Part shown: positions 1 to 31,459 of the stretch, piece after piece
Layout of the letters: each line of letters begins with the position of its first letter
Position numbering within the stretch: position 1 is the stretch's first letter
Assembly (NCBI GenBank): GCA_030141605.1
Contig: JAQGDQ010000392.1
Coordinates: 124,001 to 188,000, forward strand
DNA from: Tubiluchus corallicola
Lineage: Eukaryota > Animalia > Priapulida
Direction of reading: 5' to 3'
Length of the DNA: 64,000 nucleotides
Program-made: the position numbers and the translations under genes
The notes under the pieces: generated by a model
Databases searched by the model: none
Told to the model about the DNA's origin: nothing
The model's input: the letters and a program-made list of their open reading frames with translations, nothing else

Positions 1-1898
1 GCATTAATGCATTTTTTGTGCTGAAGACATGTTTTGTATCCATAATGTTTTAGGTACGATATAACTCGGTCAAATCAGTTAACATTTCCTTCCCTCAAGT
101 TTCCGACTTGTAGTTCCAAGTTGTGTAGCATGTAGTGATGTTACCGAATCTAAAATTACAAACCGAAATTTATGAAACATAGGAAACCGAAATGAAACCA
201 AACCGTAATCATTTTTGCGGGATGGACTACTATCAAAACTGAAAAAAATCCTGAAATAAATATCAAAATTTCTTGTTTGCATTTTTATTTGCTCTGATAC
301 AAGTTTGATGAAGTAGCTAAGCAAAAAATCTTAACCAGAAAAGTAGAACAATGGTAAAAGATCATGATGCTTCAAAAATTGGCAAGTTTTATTTTATAAA
401 TATTTTGTTGTCTATATAAATTTCATAAATTATCGATTAGACTTGGTTTTATTCAAGTTAAGCTTTAATATTTCGATTGATTGTGCCTGAAGACCTTAGA
501 GCTTCACAGTCGTCAGCACTAAAGATTTTCTCCATTGCTGTAAAAAGCTTGCTACAATTGGAGCAAAAGGTTAAATATAACGATATTTACGCTGTATTTG
601 AACTATATTAGCCAAAATTTTCAGCGATTTTTAACAGCTAGGAGAAAAACTAGGTAGGCTGGATAAATCCTACTAAAATCTGGGAAAAATGCTACTGAAA
701 GTTTTGGCTACGAAACTTAATAATTTTCAGCGAAAACGAAACTGAACCAAAGTGCAATTTGTAGACCTGAAAAACTTTTTTGCGACATGGTAGTTCTGAA
801 CATCCATGTTTCCGAGCCACTTGAACAGCAGCATAGTTAGGTGGTGCAGGCATCGTATCTGCATACTCTTACGTACCTGCATGTATCTCATTACAAGAAG
901 ATATGTATGTACATATAGATTGCAAAGTGTGCCCAACTACTGAGCCCACGGAGTGAGTTTCGGTCTTCTTGCTAATGGGCAGGTGAACCTTTCCGTAAAT
1001 CTGCAACATATTTTTGAGGTGTTGTAGATTCCTAGTTCCTAACAGATCAGAAGAGTGTACAAACCTTGTTGTTTTTGGAGCAAATAAATTTCTTACCAAG
1101 GGCCGACTGCCAGGCAACAGCCGTTAGGCTGATTTGAATACAGTAAATCCTCATAATGGACTAATGGGGGAAGGGTAGTCTGTTATAACCAAGGGACACT
1201 ACCTACTAATTAGTATATTTACTGGAAGAATGAACCAGTGAGTGAGGACACTTTGTTTTGTAACTCCAACGTTTAATAAATGTTAAGCGCTTCCTTCCAG
1301 CTTGCATCTGAAATGAGGTAACAATACCTGATAAACTTGTCTTTGTTACATATTTTCATCTACAAATACTGCGAGTATTAAAAACTGTATAACGCTGGAA
1401 TTGAAGGCTTAAACTAGTGGAATAGTAGATTTTCAACCTGTTGAATTATAAGCATTTTCTACTTCTGTTTCTTGTCTTAAGGAAATTTCTGCACAAATTG
1501 CGTTAAGTTTCTGGTAATGCACGAAAACATTAGGCTACTTGGAACAAGTGAAAACGTTTTAAGAGGTAGATTTGCAATCTGTTTTTATTAAGTTCAATGG
1601 CTAAGGGGTGGTAAGTTTGGCAGATTTTCGTATTAATAGAAAAACAAAGAAAGCTAACAGCATAATTAATATGTGCACTTATACATACATACTTAACTCA
1701 TACAAATAGGTTCAGACCACCAAATTCCCACCCCATCACCCATCCTCGAATATCATTATAAAAATTCAGTCTGGTAAACTTAGGTTGTAATGCGTAAAGG
1801 TTTGGTGAACCTTCATGTATACCAAAGTCACATTCATTGAAAATTATGTTAAACAAACCGAATATTGCTTATAATGGTTGTAATATATGTTGCCTGTA

Positions 1899-1926
1899 AT
1901 ATATATATATATATATATATATATAT
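1899..1926. repeat. (AT)n microsatellite
   Basis: Read directly from the sequence. Confidence 0.9.
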
Positions 1927-4626
1927 CCTATAATGCTTATAAAAATTTATCCTACAAAAGCTGATAGTAAACAGCAAACAGTTGCTCAGCAGCCGACAGT
2001 TGCTTTCTGTTTCTGTATGATAACTCGAAGATATGAATATGCCGTCAGCATACAATTCATGCCAATGCACAATAGCGTGGCGGTGCTGTATGAATTCACT
2101 TGTTTTTTGCACGACGAAATAAATCAATGAGAACTCGAGCTTGTAAACAATTGTACTATTGCAGTTTTGCTTAAATACTGTTTTTATTGATTTGGTCAAA
2201 ATGATTTTTGAAAGAATTAGATCTTCTTTTAAAATACTTAATAGTTTACTACTTAACATCAATCTTTAAATACAAACATAAATTTAGTAATCAGAATAAT
2301 CTTAACTGCTCACCAATCGCCACTAATTTAAAATGATAAAACATTATAGTGTTTATAATTCTTTTCATTTGGAATCATTCGGTTCAGTTTTGACAAAAAA
2401 ATTGGTTAGCCTTCAGTCCAATAAATCAGTTGAACTTGATGTTTTATTCGGAATTCGGTTTGGCAACACTGGGTAAGCTTCGATTCCGTGGCACCTAAGC
2501 ATTAAAAATTGACTACGGTTCGGTTGACAAAAATGTGAATTTGGTTCATTCCTGCATACAAACAGACAAGACCTCCTAGCAATAGCAATGCTTATTTAGG
2601 TAATGTAACACATGCTGTATGCAACTGCATATAAACAGATGCAAAAGATAAACAAAAGTTTTTGTTGCATAATTATGTAGTTTGTAAAACATTTTATAAT
2701 TTTTTGCTAATTTCAGCCAAGTGCCTAGAGAAAATTTTGTTAAAATTTGTACATCTTTTAGTTGTGAATTTTTTAAATTTACTTTATCAATCTGTACTGA
2801 TTTATTTGTAAAAAGTTATGATAATAAGTATTAGTGGCATGTTTTGTTAAATTAAATTAGTCAATGAGTATCTAAAAGTATTACTGCAAGAGTATCTAAA
2901 CGTAGTGTATTTTGGCACAAAAATATCAGTCAGTTTTGACCACTGCATGGCCAATTTGAAAGAGTTTCAAGAGTTAAGCGCCTCGAGTGTTAAAGCAACT
3001 TTTTGTCAGGCTTCACAGGATTCCCATGTAGAGAAGTGGGGGTAATGTGTTTTTTATTTTATCATATTATGTTTTTGGTAAGCACTGCATGGCCAATTCT
3101 GTTCTGATTTGCGTAACTACGAAGTGTAACTTTGCGAACGAATCACCGAGGATACATGAATTACATGAAAGAGAACAACATCACAGCGAAATAGACCTCT
3201 GTAGATTACTCGCATACCATGTACTTTTGAAAGTCGAGATATACACCTGCTTAGCTCGGGTATTAAGCATACCTTATGAAATTACAAGCCTGCAATTTGC
3301 TAAGTTTTTCAAGTGTTGAAGCATTGGTCCCTAGCTCATTTAAACAGTTAATTTTAATATAGCTGACTGCTCTGTATTCAACATAGAAACAAATCCATAA
3401 TTTTTAATTTTGCAGTTTAATATGATTACAAAAGTGCTGTGCTGTAAATCATTGTTTTTTATTAATGATTGCGCATTCACCAGTTTTCTGTGTCTGTGTC
3501 ACTATCTTAGAAATTTTTCGTAGAGTTTCTTTAAATTTCTTGGACTGTGTCACAGCCGAGGGCTAGTGACATGACCAGAGTTTTGATTCAGAAATAAACA
3601 AAGTAAATACAATTGAATCACAGCAAGATTTTCATTAGACACATAATTTGTATTATGATAAACTAATGCTCAATTCTTTTCATTTTCGGGGATGACGATC
3701 CGAACATAATTGTTTGTGTTTAGTAGTAAGTAATTATTGCTTCTATAGCAAAAGCCTGCAAAATATGCGAAAAAGTTGTGAACAAATTTCATTGAAAGCT
3801 TTGCAGAAGCGTGAACTTTGTGCCACAGACATGGCTAATTAGTGTTCATTGATAAGGAATTTGGAAAAATAAGATTTCATTTTTTATTAGTTAATGATGA
3901 ATCTCTTCGGAGTAGTGCCATAAGAGAACCACTTGTGGACACCAGAGTGGAACTCCAGGAACACTATTAATTGAACTTTCACAGTCGAGTTGGGCACAGA
4001 ACCTCAGGTGCCAGGGCATTTTACTGGATTATTAATAATTTTGAAGCCCCTCCCAACTCATTTAAATATGAAACTACAAATATAGTTTTATGGACTTTTA
4101 AAGAGGGCAACTTAAGTCTAATTAACAACAGAAGCACTAACAATATTACAAATATCATAATAGTAAAAGGAGAATTTTTGCATAACGACTTCGAAGTAAA
4201 AAGAATTTATGGTTGTAAAATGCATCGATAAATGGACAGACTTTTTACTGTTGTCAAATCTGTTCATTAGTCATTTTCAAATAAGTTGGTGCAAAAATAG
4301 TGGCTTGCTGTTTATAAATTTACAATTTGGTAACTGATATTTTAGATTGAGGTGCATGCATATTATGTCATGAGTAAGATAAAAATGGTCTGTTAATATG
4401 GTTGTAACAGTATGAAAGAAAATTGTAGCCAAAGAAAATATGAAATAAAATTGCTTGAAAACACAGGACTTCTCCAGTCTATTAAATGGCTAGTGATTTA
4501 TTTGCACATAGGATTTTTATTGTCTTGGCAAAAGTTATCAGGGAGCCAGTCTTTGTCTGTAGAGTCATCTCTAATTAATCTAAAAAATTTAGTCTTCCAT
4601 ATGAGGTAAACATAAATTAAATACAG

Positions 4627-5061
4627 TTAAAGGAGAAGGAAAGGAAATTTTAGAATTGTGTAATTAGAAAAGAAAATTCTTAATAATTTAGAATGTTTGT
4701 GTGTCAACTGGTAAAACGGCACTGTATCACCTCCTCCAAATGTGCATCATTGATTTACCAAAAACACATTATTGATCTTATTGCTAATATAAAGAAAATT
4801 AAACTTTGCTTAGTTAGTGAAGAATGTGCTACGAATGCTCTGATTATTTTTTCACATTTTACCCAATGCTATCTAAACGTGATTCAAACAACTTACCATT
4901 AAAATGGCTCTGCCTAATAGTCATTACAGGAGTTCAGCTTTACAATTTTTACACAGCATTACTGCAAATGCAAGCACTGTACTCAATACGTTGTAAGTAA
5001 TGTAAAATTTCAAGATGAATTTTTAAGCTTTATTTATGAATAGTGTTTTCTTCAGCTTTAA
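4627..5061 (+). mobile_element. TTAA-flanked non-autonomous DNA transposon (Kolobok-like), copy 1
   Basis: TTAA|AGGAGAAG...CTTCAGCT|TTAA with imperfect TIRs. Homologous by eye to 44770-45181 and 54544-54940 (e.g. GTCAACTGGTAAAACGGCACTG, TTTGCTTAGTTAGTGA). Confidence 0.65.
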
Positions 5062-6090
5062 ATGTTTCTGTGCATTTCTGTCAGCTTCTCTGGTTCATTA
5101 GACTGATTGGCCATCCTGAAGATCAAGTGCATAAGAATGAGAACTTACCTGATGTAATAGATAGTATGCGCATTTGTCGCACAATGTTTACCTTAAAGAA
5201 TGGAAAAATCAGATATCGGGTAATTTCCATCTGCTGAGTTTAATCCTAGCTGCTGCTGGCTGGAGATGCCCTGTTCCTATCAAAATCAGTCGAATCAGTT
5301 GATTCTGTGTTGTATTGTCCTCCATGCGCATATTGCAGCTTGAAAAAACATAAATAAATTATGAAAAATGTCACTTTATTAGTCTTTCTTTGTCAACTTT
5401 TTTTTAGACACCTATAGAATTTTACAGGCTGTCAGTTTGTCAGTCTTTGAGGTGTTATTTATGCCCTTCAAAAATGCAGGTCGTATTAGAAGCTGAAGAC
5501 GTGCATGCCAGTTATTGAGTGCACGTGGGGTCATGACGCTGTGTACCTTTGGGTTTTTGTATGTCCTAGTAGTACTCTCCTGTACAATGAACTTCGCATG
5601 TTTTGGTGTGGAAAATTTAATACATGTGGTATGTGCTATAGAGTGTGAGTGCTAGAAGTGATTATTTTTAAATATTTTTCGAGTTTAATAATTACATCAT
5701 GCTGCACGTTTATAATATGCTTTAAATGGTTGTTTCTGCCCTTTGCATCTAAGCTTAATAACGCAGCTTAATAAGAGTTTTGCATTTTTTCTTGTCATAT
5801 GGAGTTGTCAAAGATTGTCACTTTGGTGTGGATTTATGCCGTTTTTATAGGCCTATAATTATCGCGTAATAGTTATGTTAATTATTCACTTATTAGTCTG
5901 TTTGATTTTTACAGGATGATACACAGCAAAGGATTCACAAAGACGTACAAACATATATTGTATGATTCCCAATGGAAAGAATTTATGCTTTGACATGTTG
6001 TCATGCAGTATAAATTGTGGACACGCTGTCAACATTTCTCTTCAACTTGAGTGCGAACACGGCAGACCCGTAACAGTCTGTTAACGACCA

Positions 6091-22057
<15,967 letters not shown>

Positions 22058-25000
22058 ACACGTATGACATAGGGAAAAAGCGGTTATTCATACCAGTGTG
22101 TTCCACGTGATGTTGTTGTCTGTTGAAATTGGGAAAGGGAAATTGTGTTGCTTTCTTGATAATATATAAATACGGAAATAATTAGTAACCGCTTATACGA
22201 ATATTTGTAATCGACATAGGTTAATATAATTTGTTACCTTATTAATGTCCGGTATGATAAAGGCATACTGTGTACAAATCTTACAATGTTATGTATAAGA
22301 AGCTGGCTGGCACTTGGTACTAACGTTGCAATGAATTCAAACAGTAAAATAAATTAGCATATGTAATACGTCACTGTTTCAAAATATTTCTGTATGCTAA
22401 TGATGTCTGAAAGAGTGCTACTTGTCCCCATTTGTGGGAGCCTCGATTACTAACAGCGTCACCGTTAGTAAATATATGAATGTTAAACTTGTTGCCTCTT
22501 TCTCTTGTTTGTGAGTAGATTGAATTTGTTCACAACTACGCTTGTATTTATAGGGATTTCAAAAAGCTATAAGTACTTATTGCAGCTCACCAACTGCCTG
22601 TTAGCTCTTGCAAGGCATAAAAAAATTAGTTTGTCTGTTTGTTTGTAAAACCAGCTTCGTTCAGCATGAGTCCAACCTATCAGATGATCTCTGTTTTATG
22701 AAGGATCGAGACAAAAACTATTTTAAGGTGTGATTTCGACATGATATAGCAAAAGTGAAAGGATGGTGATACTGCATTGTTAAAAGTCCAGTCGTAGGTA
22801 CTAAGTTAATTTGGTTAATGTACCATTTCCAAGCCCATCTAGAGTGGTTTTGTAGACATGTGTAGTTTGTTAAATCATTACAATTTTTACTATTTTGTAT
22901 CAGGCATATGGTAGACAGAAAATTAATTTTCCTTTTTGCAAATGACTACCGGTATTATGTTTTAACGTAATATGGCTTTTTGAATTCGCAATAGGTAGTT
23001 AAAATGAAGCTTGCCATTTCTTAAATTCAATTATCTTCTTTTGTCTGACATTTTCCACAATATGTCGAAATCGCGTTTCGTTGTTTGTCTGTATAATGCT
23101 TTGTTTTTAAATGTTTTATTATGATACTGTTTTACTTTAGGCTGACAAAAACCAAACTTGTTAGGTAGGTTATTCTATGCTAAGTCACTGAATGGAAGCG
23201 GTTTGAATATAATATAATAGTATTATAAGATTTGCATCTTATTTATTACCCAGAAAGTCATATGAAGAAATTACCTTGTGAAACATTGCAAGTACTATGC
23301 AGTGTTTAGTGAAAGTGTCCCATCTAATTAAAACTGCAACTCATGCGGAAGAATTTCATGGATTCAATTACATTAGCTCTACAGCAGATGTAATGTGTTA
23401 TGTGTTGCAGAGCAATGTTGCACGTGATAAAATTTCTTGTTAAGATGTTTTACTTTTGTTGTTAGTTTATTTTATGATGAAATTTTCTTTGTTGTATTGA
23501 AATATTTACATTTTTACTCTCATCCATTTCAGTAATGCCAAGTACTCAACCTTGGTTTCACATACTTAGCTAAGCTAAATAAAGCCGATTTCTGCGTCTT
23601 GACATGGTGAAAGTTAATTAAATACGAATCCTGCACCTTTTTTTATGTATTCTGTGAAGTTCTCGTCAGATTGCAAGTTATGTCATTAAACAATTCAGTA
23701 CTACGTACAATTCACTAGATTGTTAAGAGTGGATTCAATTTGAATAGCAGCTTGTGACAAAGTGGCCTGTTATCCAGCAAGGCTATTAGAAGTGCTATGA
23801 CTACAAGACAAGTAGTCTTGGTTTTTAGAATGCTGGCTATACTGTGCTAAGAGATAAACACATGCAGGTTGATGTCATTTGTTTGTAAATTAGAGAATAA
23901 TCTTTTAAAGAGCAAGAAAACATTTCTTATCGATATGCACATTTTCTGAAGCCATAATCCTGTAATGCAGATCCGTTATTACCTACTGTAGGCATGCTGA
24001 AACTCAATTAAAAATGGCTTCAATTTTGACCTTGAAAATAGAAAAGTGAGTGCCCAACAATGCTTGCATCTGGATTTGTGCAAACGTTTTTTTTTTGATA
24101 GACTCCTTTTTGACTTAGCATTTCAGTAAGATTGATTCTGCATAACTACAGCGAGTTTTAAGTTGCACAGCTTTTCAAATAAAAGCCCCCTTTTAGTGAA
24201 CCCAAAGATGACTTAGTCTTTCTCAAACTTAGGTAATGCACCTGCCTTCTGGACTTGGTTCATTAGAAGCTTTTGCAAGCATTATTAAGTGCAGCATCAA
24301 ATTTGCGACAGTGCAAGCGATACATGGAAGCTCCACAAACTAAGCAGTTTATATTAAATGCACATTGTCCAGCTAGGCCCAATTACTTATTGATTTGCAT
24401 TATTACTTGGCTAAAATGCGTTAATACTCCATCAACAGCAATTAATGTGGCTTTAATGTCTGTACTCATGAACATCAGATTTTCAAACTAGTTATTACGA
24501 TAAATAATTAGTGACATTTTTTATTTACATACATCAAGTCAGTACAACGAATACTGATATCATAACCCCTTTTCTGCGTAGACTGTATTGATATGTTTAA
24601 CCTTTCATGCACAAGTTATAACAAGTCTTTTGCAGCCTCCATTTCCTTCCATTCCAGAAAATTATTTCATCTGCATCCATAATCCTTTGTCTACATTAAC
24701 TACACTCATTGTTTTTTTCTTACTTTTGTTATTATTAGTCTGATAGTTATTAATGCAGAGGTCATCGTGACCTCTTTCAAGAGTATATCTTACAGATAAT
24801 CTTCATACTTGCTGTTACTGTTACTAGCTGTTTCCTATGAATTTTAGAAAAAGTTATTATAGGGCACTGTGTTGTCGTTATATAATCTGCCGATAATATG
24901 TAGGTAAACCCCACTATGCTAAAATTGTAAATAACACTGTAAAATAGCACACATACTAATGTTTCGCTTGTTTTGTTGGTAATGTGTACCGAAATTACTG

Positions 25001-26142
25001 TTGCCGATGTATATTACCTTGTGACCCTGTAGTCATTGTACCACAGAGTTGTATTTAAATTTGTGCTGTCATATATTTAATAAAATGGACACTGTTTCAC
25101 GGAATTAGACTGCTTTGGTATATTGTTTGCTATCTGATGTTGTGAAAGATCATTATAGATTTGCCCTACTAAATAGTCTGTAATCATACTACTCAGTTCA
25201 CCTTCAATCAATATTTTATTTGATTCAAGTACATTAATTTATTTAACGAAAAAGATTTTGAATTTACAACATTCTATATAACAAAACAGCCGCACAGCTT
25301 CATTTACACATTTTATGTAAAAAAACTTCGAAAGGAATGTCTAAAATTATTAGAATGACATCCCTTTTATCTGTTATTTACAGCCACTTGCAATATAAAT
25401 ATTTTTAATGCCTAAGAAGATCAAAATTAAAAATTTCAAAATATCTGCATATATTTATAAATTATGCATTCATACTCTGTTGTTAAATATGTTAGCGAAA
25501 ATTTGTTAAAAGTTAAGTAAAGCAAAGAAATATTGCACACGTTTCAATAATATTTTAGCCACAGAAATGATAAAATTATGCAGAAACTTAGGTACCAACA
25601 CTTTAACGTTTCTGAGAAAAGAGAATTAGAAAATTACGACATTAAACCACCAATACTTTTAAAACAAAGGGTAATACATAAACCCCAGGTTTAGACATAT
25701 ATAAAAGACATTTATCATAGTGGCCACTTTTTAAATAGCAGTTTAGATAAATGGTAAGGCTTTCAAAACTTTACATATATATTACGATACATTTTAATAA
25801 TTATATTACATACACGGTCATATAGGATATGATAAATGTTATGTATGGAATAATTCATACACTAATAGTGTATGTTGGGCATAACAAATTAACAACATAC
25901 CTATAAAACATAACATATGTAACACAACCAAATTTTGTAGCACTTGTACACTGATAATGTGCAGTACAACATAAACCATTCATTCTACGGAAAATGAAGT
26001 TAGTAATTTACACTGAAATAAAAGAATGGTACAGGTATTGCCAGCATGTCAGTGACCAAGAAAGTGATTTTGTGCAAGTTTTACAGCTCAGGCAGCTTAT
26101 ATTAAGACTCAAGAATGTGGGTTCATAATTACACACAACGTT

Positions 26143-29100
26143 TTAATTGAGAACAGGATCAGCCACGCGGATGTTTGGATTAGCCATAGGATCCAGCATC
26201 GGATCTGTGCCAGAACTAGAACGACCCAACTTTTTCATTATCATTACCAAAGTGAGAAGCACAATAAGGCTAATGATCACCAGAAAAGCAAACTTTTTTA
26301 GCTTCGACAGAGGCTGTCGACTGTGTTTAGAGCTCCTGGATAAACTGCAAAAAATGTAGTTCTAATTGAAGACAAAAGCTAAATGACACTTCAATGGTTG
26401 ATCAACACAAACATTTAAACCAGCTCATTCACGTTTGTTACATAGGTATGCTTTATCAGGTAAAACCAAAAACCTTCACATGCAACTAAAAACCACCTTT
26501 AAATTCCATGTTCAGTTACTGGACACATGCTAGTTTACCACCAAAATACTGAGAAAGTGCAAGACAAGCTGGAAATATAACGGTTTTGATATGCAATACT
26601 GTAATATGAGTACAGCTATTGTGCAGTGCACACATAAACACAATAACTACTTATCAGTCTTGTAACACAAAAAATAATTTATAGAGAAAGATGAATAACA
26701 GATGTCAAGATCATTAACTGTATTATCAGAATTAAATTGCAGTTGGTAAACGAGACAGTTAATATTTTCACATACTGACACATAGTGCATGACATGAGTT
26801 GCTCAAAAAAGAATGGTTGCCTGACTCATGAGCTTTTTTCACGTTCCTGTTAAAATCGGTAATACAAATGAGTAAACATCTTGACTGGCATAATTTTACT
26901 CTGGTGCAGTGAGTAAATAGCCAAACTTACAGAATGGCCAAAAAAGGGAAGTCATAGATGGAGGAGAGACGATTGTGAGATGTGCAAAACAATAAGAAGT
27001 TGGGTAACCAAACACATTTAGCTTAGCTGAGAGTAGACAGATTTTAGTGGGATATTTAATGAGCTTGGGTGGGTGGTTCAACGTGAAAAACCAAATCTCT
27101 CACAACTGTTGCAGTGAATTTCTTTTTAGGATTGTGCAGCCAATGATCAAAACTGAGAGAGATGATAAACTGAGTAGAAATGAAGTGTATGGTGATAAAT
27201 TGTCTTCCAAATTGCAGCAAGACCAGTAAATGTTTACAGTGTATCTTGAAAGCAGAACCAAAGCCGTTATAGTGAATAACAACCTAAAATAAAGGTCAAG
27301 ATCACCAGTCAGCAGCCAATTTAACTTTTAGAATTTGGTAACTTTAAAGATGAGATGGTCAGTGTATCCGGGCAAGGAAGACACTTCATACAGGAGGAAT
27401 GAATTTGTATTGGTACCCAACCTTGGTGAAATCTTTAAGGAACTTTCTGTTTTAGAAGTTCAGCTAACAGCAAAATCTGACCCTGCAAAATTTGATACTG
27501 AAGATGGTTGTATCTTTCGTGTAACCTAAAATGCAATTCCTTAATGTTGTCCAGCAATCATAATTTTTTTATAGCAAAATTTGATAAGGTTGAGCTTTAA
27601 TAGATCTTTGCGGGATCACAGAAACTTAGCCACTATAAAAACAGTATGTTTGATACATCACGTTTGAAGATGCTGCATGATTCTTTCGAAACTAACTGAC
27701 AGCAGCAACGCTATGAAAATAATTTTCCTAACAATACCCTGGCGTATTTCCTTGCTTTTTAATTTGCTGATAAAACAATTTCTTCTAAATTTGGATATGC
27801 AAGTTCTTGTATATATCAATATACACCAGCTTAAAATTGCATCCTGTTGCTTAAGAACTCAGTCTTAGAGATTTGCATAGCTTATAAGTGAACTGTCGGC
27901 ATTGTGTTACCAGTGAGGCTATCAAACATGAACACTCACCTGAAAATTCTTGACAAGGTTTCAAAAATGCTTTTCTGCTTATATTTGTTCTCGTCGATAT
28001 CAAACACGCGGTCACTTAATTGTGAACCAGCGCTCCCAGAAGACGTATCAAACATTTTCCTCGGTAACGACGCACCTAAAAAAGCAGGTGAGGTCTAGTA
28101 AAAACATTCGACCATGTTACTTTAGAACACAAGACATTTTTGAGAATAATAAAAACTGTCCACAAAAGACATCGCTTAAGAACATAAGTTTATAATGCTG
28201 ATGTTTTTTACTTAAGTTCTTTGTGATATTTCACATTGCTCAGGTAGATGATATGTAAACAATTGCATAATATGAAACAAATAATAACTTAGTTCATAAT
28301 AACACTAGAATCAAACAGGCCAAGTTGTGTACACTGGTACATAGAAAGAAAATGTACGGGTAGTCATTGACATAGGCCTATGCAACTTAGAACTGTTTGA
28401 CTTTCTGACCCAATCATAATTTGATTACTTATTTATACAGAACTAATAATAACTCATATTTCCATATTTACTTCTTTTTTAAGCAAATTAATTTTACTTC
28501 GCTATTTGCTTGGAAAATTCATCTATGAGTGCCACAACACTTAGTGTACGTACACACACAACAACCTATGTGTAGAGGTTGCAACACTTAGTGTGCGTAC
28601 ACACACAACATCTTATGTGTAGAGGTTGCAACACTTGAACATACGCATCCGACTTGCATCCAAGTCATTTTATGACCAATCTGCTGAAACCTGTTGTGGT
28701 CGTAAGTTGACGACTGCTTGTACAATTAAAATTTTTGATGTTGTGACAGTATGCGTAGCCCTAGTAACATGAAAATGAAGTTGGAACTTGTGCTGAGCAT
28801 AGAACTGGGACCGAGTCAAACACAAACATAAAAAATGAGAATTTCTAAATAGGAGTGGAACAGATTTTAGAAACAAATGGCCTAGCTGTGGTATAACTGT
28901 TTTATGCCAAAATTCAAGTCAATTCAACATGTGGTTACAATTTCGTTAAGCTTCTTAAGAAACACACTAAAGATCATCTAACAAGAAACAAGACTCCTAG
29001 TTTTACCCTTCAGCTTGAACGTTGGTATCTCTATGCAGCAAAGCAAATGTATCAGAAATCATCTACTGGTGTAATTTATGCCAAACTTGTGACCGACAAA

Positions 29101-31459
29101 AAGTTTATTTAAGAGTTTTATGAGACTGATTCAAGTAAGTGAATGCAAGATAAAGGCATTATTAAGATATAGTATATGGTGCTGAAGATGCCAACTGCAT
29201 TACGAAAAAATACCTGTAAGTAAAGGTCTGTGTTCCGCTCGAGCATGTGGCATCATAGTACCATCCACTTCAACGACACTATGGCTTACAGGGGAAGTAA
29301 AACTGTGGGTCTGATACATTGTAGTTGAAGTTGATTCAGCCTTTGTTGAGGTAACATCATTGTGAAGTGCAGTGTTATCTTCTTCTATCTAGAATATTAG
29401 TAAGTTGTTAAGAATGCGCAATTACTACGTAATTATTTTACATTTACAGTGATAAAATCACATTTAAATGAACTTAACTTAAAAATAAGTCACAATACAG
29501 CTTTTTCACGAAATCGTTAAGGCACACTTTTAGTTTGTTCAAAGTTGTGTGTTTAGTATTTCATGCAAACACGCATGCAATTCCAATACTGCATTACTTT
29601 TTAAATAAATTTCTACAATATTCGTGAAAATTGCTAAAAACAGTTTTGATCAATGACTATTTATTACCAGAGGTAAACCAAGTCCTGCTCGAGACCAGTT
29701 GACCTTTTGAAGGAGGGTCCTTAGTTCATCTGCTATGGGTGAAGCCTGGTTACTGGCTGGAAAGATGCACTGCGTGCAACTAGGACACTGGTAACCAGCC
29801 GGAGCTGTAGTCGATGGAAATTGCTTTGCATAATTGTTTAAACAATCCCAATGAAATATATCTAAATACAAGAAGCAACATAATTTATGAATTTAATTGT
29901 TACAAATACATTAGGGAACAACAATGGCAGGCCTACTAAACTCTAAACACGTGAACAAGATATTTTAGCATAGAGTCTGTTCCTAAAAATATCACACCAG
30001 AAATTAAGACAATAAGATCAACATTCTGCAGTTTGCATTACATAAGTTTCTAAAAAATTCTATTTTCATCTAGATTTTTTGCCTGAGTATCAAAAGGTGT
30101 TAATCTTGCAAATGCTTAGTAAAAAAAACAAGTGGTGACCACAGGATGGATACCTATTATTATTACTATTATTATCATCATCATGGTTATTATTATTAGT
30201 TATATGGGGAGTTAAAGTATAACCTTATACATATACACCTCGAATGCTGGCAGTTATATAGGTCGATATAAAAAAAGACTCATTACATTGAATATTATCG
30301 ATAATATCCAGTGAATATAGGGGGTGCTACAGTTCCGCAGTGCCTATTATTATTATATTTAAAGTAGATATTTGATCATATGTTACCTAAACACAACAGT
30401 CGGACGACCTCTCCGTTCTGTAAGGACGCACCACAAAGTAAACAGTTTGGGTTGTAATCGCTGTCTTGAAGCCACTGTAGGTAAGACTGAACTACGCACT
30501 AAAAAAATTAAATGAATTGTTTAGTATGCTTCTGATACTAATAAAAAACCATCCATTGTACAATCATTACTCCGTTTGATGCCAAACGGCTAACTTGTAA
30601 TATGTGTTGATACAGTATCGAATGTGTGCATTGTGATTATAGTGCTCCTTGTTGTAACTTCTCTAAGTGACTTCTACACTAAGCGTCTGAAATCTGAAAA
30701 TTTAGAAATTTCTACATATAAGTGTCACTATATTTACTTCCAGGACAGGTAATCTGAGTCTGAGCCTACTAAAGAAGCAAAGCAAAATTTCTCAGGTTTT
30801 CTAATTAGTTTACTTGGCATTTAACCAAAATTTATTTCCAATTTTGCTTTGTAGGACAAACCTATTATACAGCCAGAAGGGTTTTTATATAAACTGTAGA
30901 TTTCAATTCTTCTTGATGTTTTAACAGTTCAAAAATATAGTAATAAAATTAAATCAATTTCTCCGACGAGCGTATTATGAAGCACCCTTTTTGTGGCATT
31001 TGAGGGTTGTGTTAATTGGATTCTTTGAATGTTTACAGTATTTTAATTACTACATTATAATTTAGTAAACTGCACAATAACTGCATGTAGTGCCATTTAG
31101 GTATCGATATTGATTGCCTAGTAGCCTGTATAGCACAATATTATAATTTAGCTTTCAACATATTACAGTGACTACGATACACATTGTTACTTGGTCAGAC
31201 AACTAAACAGTAACAGAAACAGGCTATAATTTTCCAAATAATTTTATTCTTCTAGCATTACTGCAGTACACCACTTATAATGCAAATGACACTATTTGTA
31301 TACAATTTAATAAGAAAAACTGAGTGATAAATATAAAAATGTTAACGAGAACCATACCCTGGAATGATTTGCTGTCAAGCAATGTTCACAGACATTAACC
31401 CTGTGTTCAAAGCAAAACAAGTTCGTAACTTTCTTTTTGGGGCATTTACAAAGCCCCAT
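26143..31459 (-). CDS. ZFPL1: Zinc finger protein-like 1 (cis-Golgi; N-terminal zinc fingers, C-terminal TM); 6 exons, ~306 aa
   Basis: Exons (minus) 31459-31358, 30498-30387, 29861-29668, 29388-29214, 28075-27940, 26344-26143; GT-AG, 921 nt. Motifs: [96 protein letters not shown]-terminal [14 protein letters not shown]. Confidence 0.95.
28535..28636. repeat. Tandem duplication, ~47-bp unit, ~2.2 copies
   Basis: CAACACTTAGTGT(A/G)CGTACACACACAACA..TATGTGTAGAGGTTG is repeated. Confidence 0.85.
30166..30342 (-). mobile_element. Short retroposon-like insertion with (TAA)n tail and possible TSD
   Basis: Direct repeat CCTATTATTATTA at 30153-30165 and 30343-30355, with an (ATT)n-rich tract at the left end. 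Confidence 0.4.

Noticed and set aside
727-1117. Overlapping minus-strand ORFs in coding-like sequence
   Set aside because: No recognisable motifs or splice structure; at most a decayed transposon fragment.
26896-27529. Short ORFs in the last ZFPL1 intron
   Set aside because: Fragmented and without identifiable motifs; possibly decayed TE coding sequence, but unsupported.
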